Assembly (NCBI RefSeq): GCF_963676685.1
Contig: NC_092347.1
Location: 98,828,001 to 98,892,000, forward strand
Reading direction: 5' to 3'
DNA length: 64,000 bases
From: Mytilus edulis
Lineage: Eukaryota
Under the pieces are notes generated by a model that searched no databases, was not told where the DNA came from, and saw nothing but the letters and a program-made list of their open reading frames with translations. Below, one piece after another: positions 62,601 through 64,000 of the stretch. The position numbers were made by a program, and so were the translations under genes. Within the stretch, counting starts at the first letter, position 1. Each line of letters opens with the position of its first letter.

Positions 62601-62894
62601 AAAGTCTTCATTATCGTAACGTTTTGTATACATAAAAATACGATTGGTGAAACGAGTTTCTTTAGGACTTAGCCCATAAGAATTTCGAAAATTAAGGTAA
62701 ATTGTCAGCAAGATGTGCAACCGGTTACTAACAAGTTTATTCAGTTCTCTCATCTGGATAAATATAGGATAAATTTAAAAAGTTCTTGAGCGTGTTTTGA
62801 TTAGATCCATGTTGCTCAGTCTTTTTCTTCGTTTTGAGTTATACTTCTTTGTCCACGTTGTACTTAAAATCGTCATCTCAGTATGTTTATTATA

Positions 62895-63190
62895 TAATGT
62901 TATTGAGGAGTATTTTGTAGCCGAGAAACGTGTCTAGCGTAAATAATTCCTAGACTAGTATATTTTGTTTAATCAACTGGTCGATAGTACTGATTATAGA
63001 GGTTTCCTATCTGATGGCACCAACAGACCAGTAGTGAAATATCATTGATATGATCATTGTTATATTCTAACCACTTGTACACGACTTAGAATTTCATCCC
63101 TGAGGAAAAACTTACCGTAGTTGTATTCTGCAAAACCTTTCGGAATTGTGGATGCTTAATGCTCATAACATTTGAAATTGATTCTGTTTG
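62895..63190 (+). repeat. Highly decayed retrozyme-like copy
   Basis: ATTGAGGAGTATTTTGTAGCCGAGAAACGTGTCTAGCGTA, followed by ACTGGTCGAT...CACCAACAGACCAGTAGT...AATGCTC, collinear with the reverse complement of 37342-37699. Confidence 0.5.
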
Positions 63191-64000
63191 ATACATTATT
63201 TGATTGCTTGATTGGTTGTTGGTTGCTTAACGTCCAGTGGTAAATATTTTATTCAGGTTAAGGATGATAACAAACTAATACAAAATAAGATAGCTAGGTC
63301 TTGAAAAAAAAGCGTATCGGATTAAGGACTGGATAATTTAGAATGTTACCTGCATATAAATATTATTATTTTGGAAAGGGAAAGACATGTTGCCATGCAA
63401 AAGGTCAGCAACGTCCCCTCAAAAAGTTGTTTCAAAGGTTCCTAACGTGCAAAAAGCATTGTAATCTCTTTTCATCGGGCATCGAAATTAACTACCCCCC
63501 CCCCCCCCCCTAAGTCCGGATGTGAATGCGTTCTTGAACAAATCGCACACACAAACAGACGCCTCACTTTGGCAATGATTTGACTTCTGGAAACCCACAG
63601 TTTAATATTTCTACTCCTCATTTACCCTTGGGGTTAGATTGCGTGACTTATTGCTACTGATTGTCCTTTGTAGACGTGCGTCTTTCATACAATGTACACA
63701 ATTATAAATATGTGATAATGTTTTTTATTTCTTTTTTATTAGTTTGTCCTTTATCGACTTATGAGTTACATTGCCGTCTCTAATGAGCCATTATACATGT
63801 TATAGTGCCACAAGCGTTTAGACGCCAAGAATCCCTGTATAAGATGTATACATATCGGACATTAATTGAATTTTGTCGAAATAAAGTCAGTAACTAGATC
63901 AATTTTCTCAAGATTTAAACTTGATAAATCATGACAAATGAATTGTGAAATCGGCCTATGCACAAAGGTTGAATACAGTTTTGTAAAATATTTATACCTG

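Noticed and set aside
234-62672. The remaining 60-105-aa ORFs in the track
   Set aside because: Low-complexity AT-rich or repeat-derived, with no recognisable domains or splice support.

Overview
AT-rich animal genomic DNA. The repeat families look like those of a bivalve, probably the mussel Mytilus (inference, not verified). The window has three layers. (1) An 11.7-kb Kolobok-type DNA transposon (5583-17324) with TTAA target duplication and 14-bp TIRs. It carries a spliced, uninterrupted 808-aa THAP+DDE transposase gene and a convergent spliced 173-aa KolX gene resembling the P2X7 'ballast' domain, with many younger elements nested inside it. (2) A tandem cluster of four 3-exon genes for small secreted Gly/Tyr-rich, acid-free proteins. 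Each has a non-coding exon 1 behind a conserved promoter, a GGY-repeat exon, and a last exon that adds only Gly-Tyr-stop. Paralogous sequence at the window end suggests a fifth copy just outside. (3) A dense background of non-autonomous elements: a Helitron, a Tc1 remnant, piggyBac-like, Kolobok-like and 5-bp-TSD MITEs, foldback elements, LINE and Penelope-like RT remnants, retrozyme-like repeats with minimal hammerhead ribozyme motifs, and two unrelated 62-bp minisatellites. Most short ORFs in the supplied track are spurious. Coordinates were counted by eye and may be off by a few bases.
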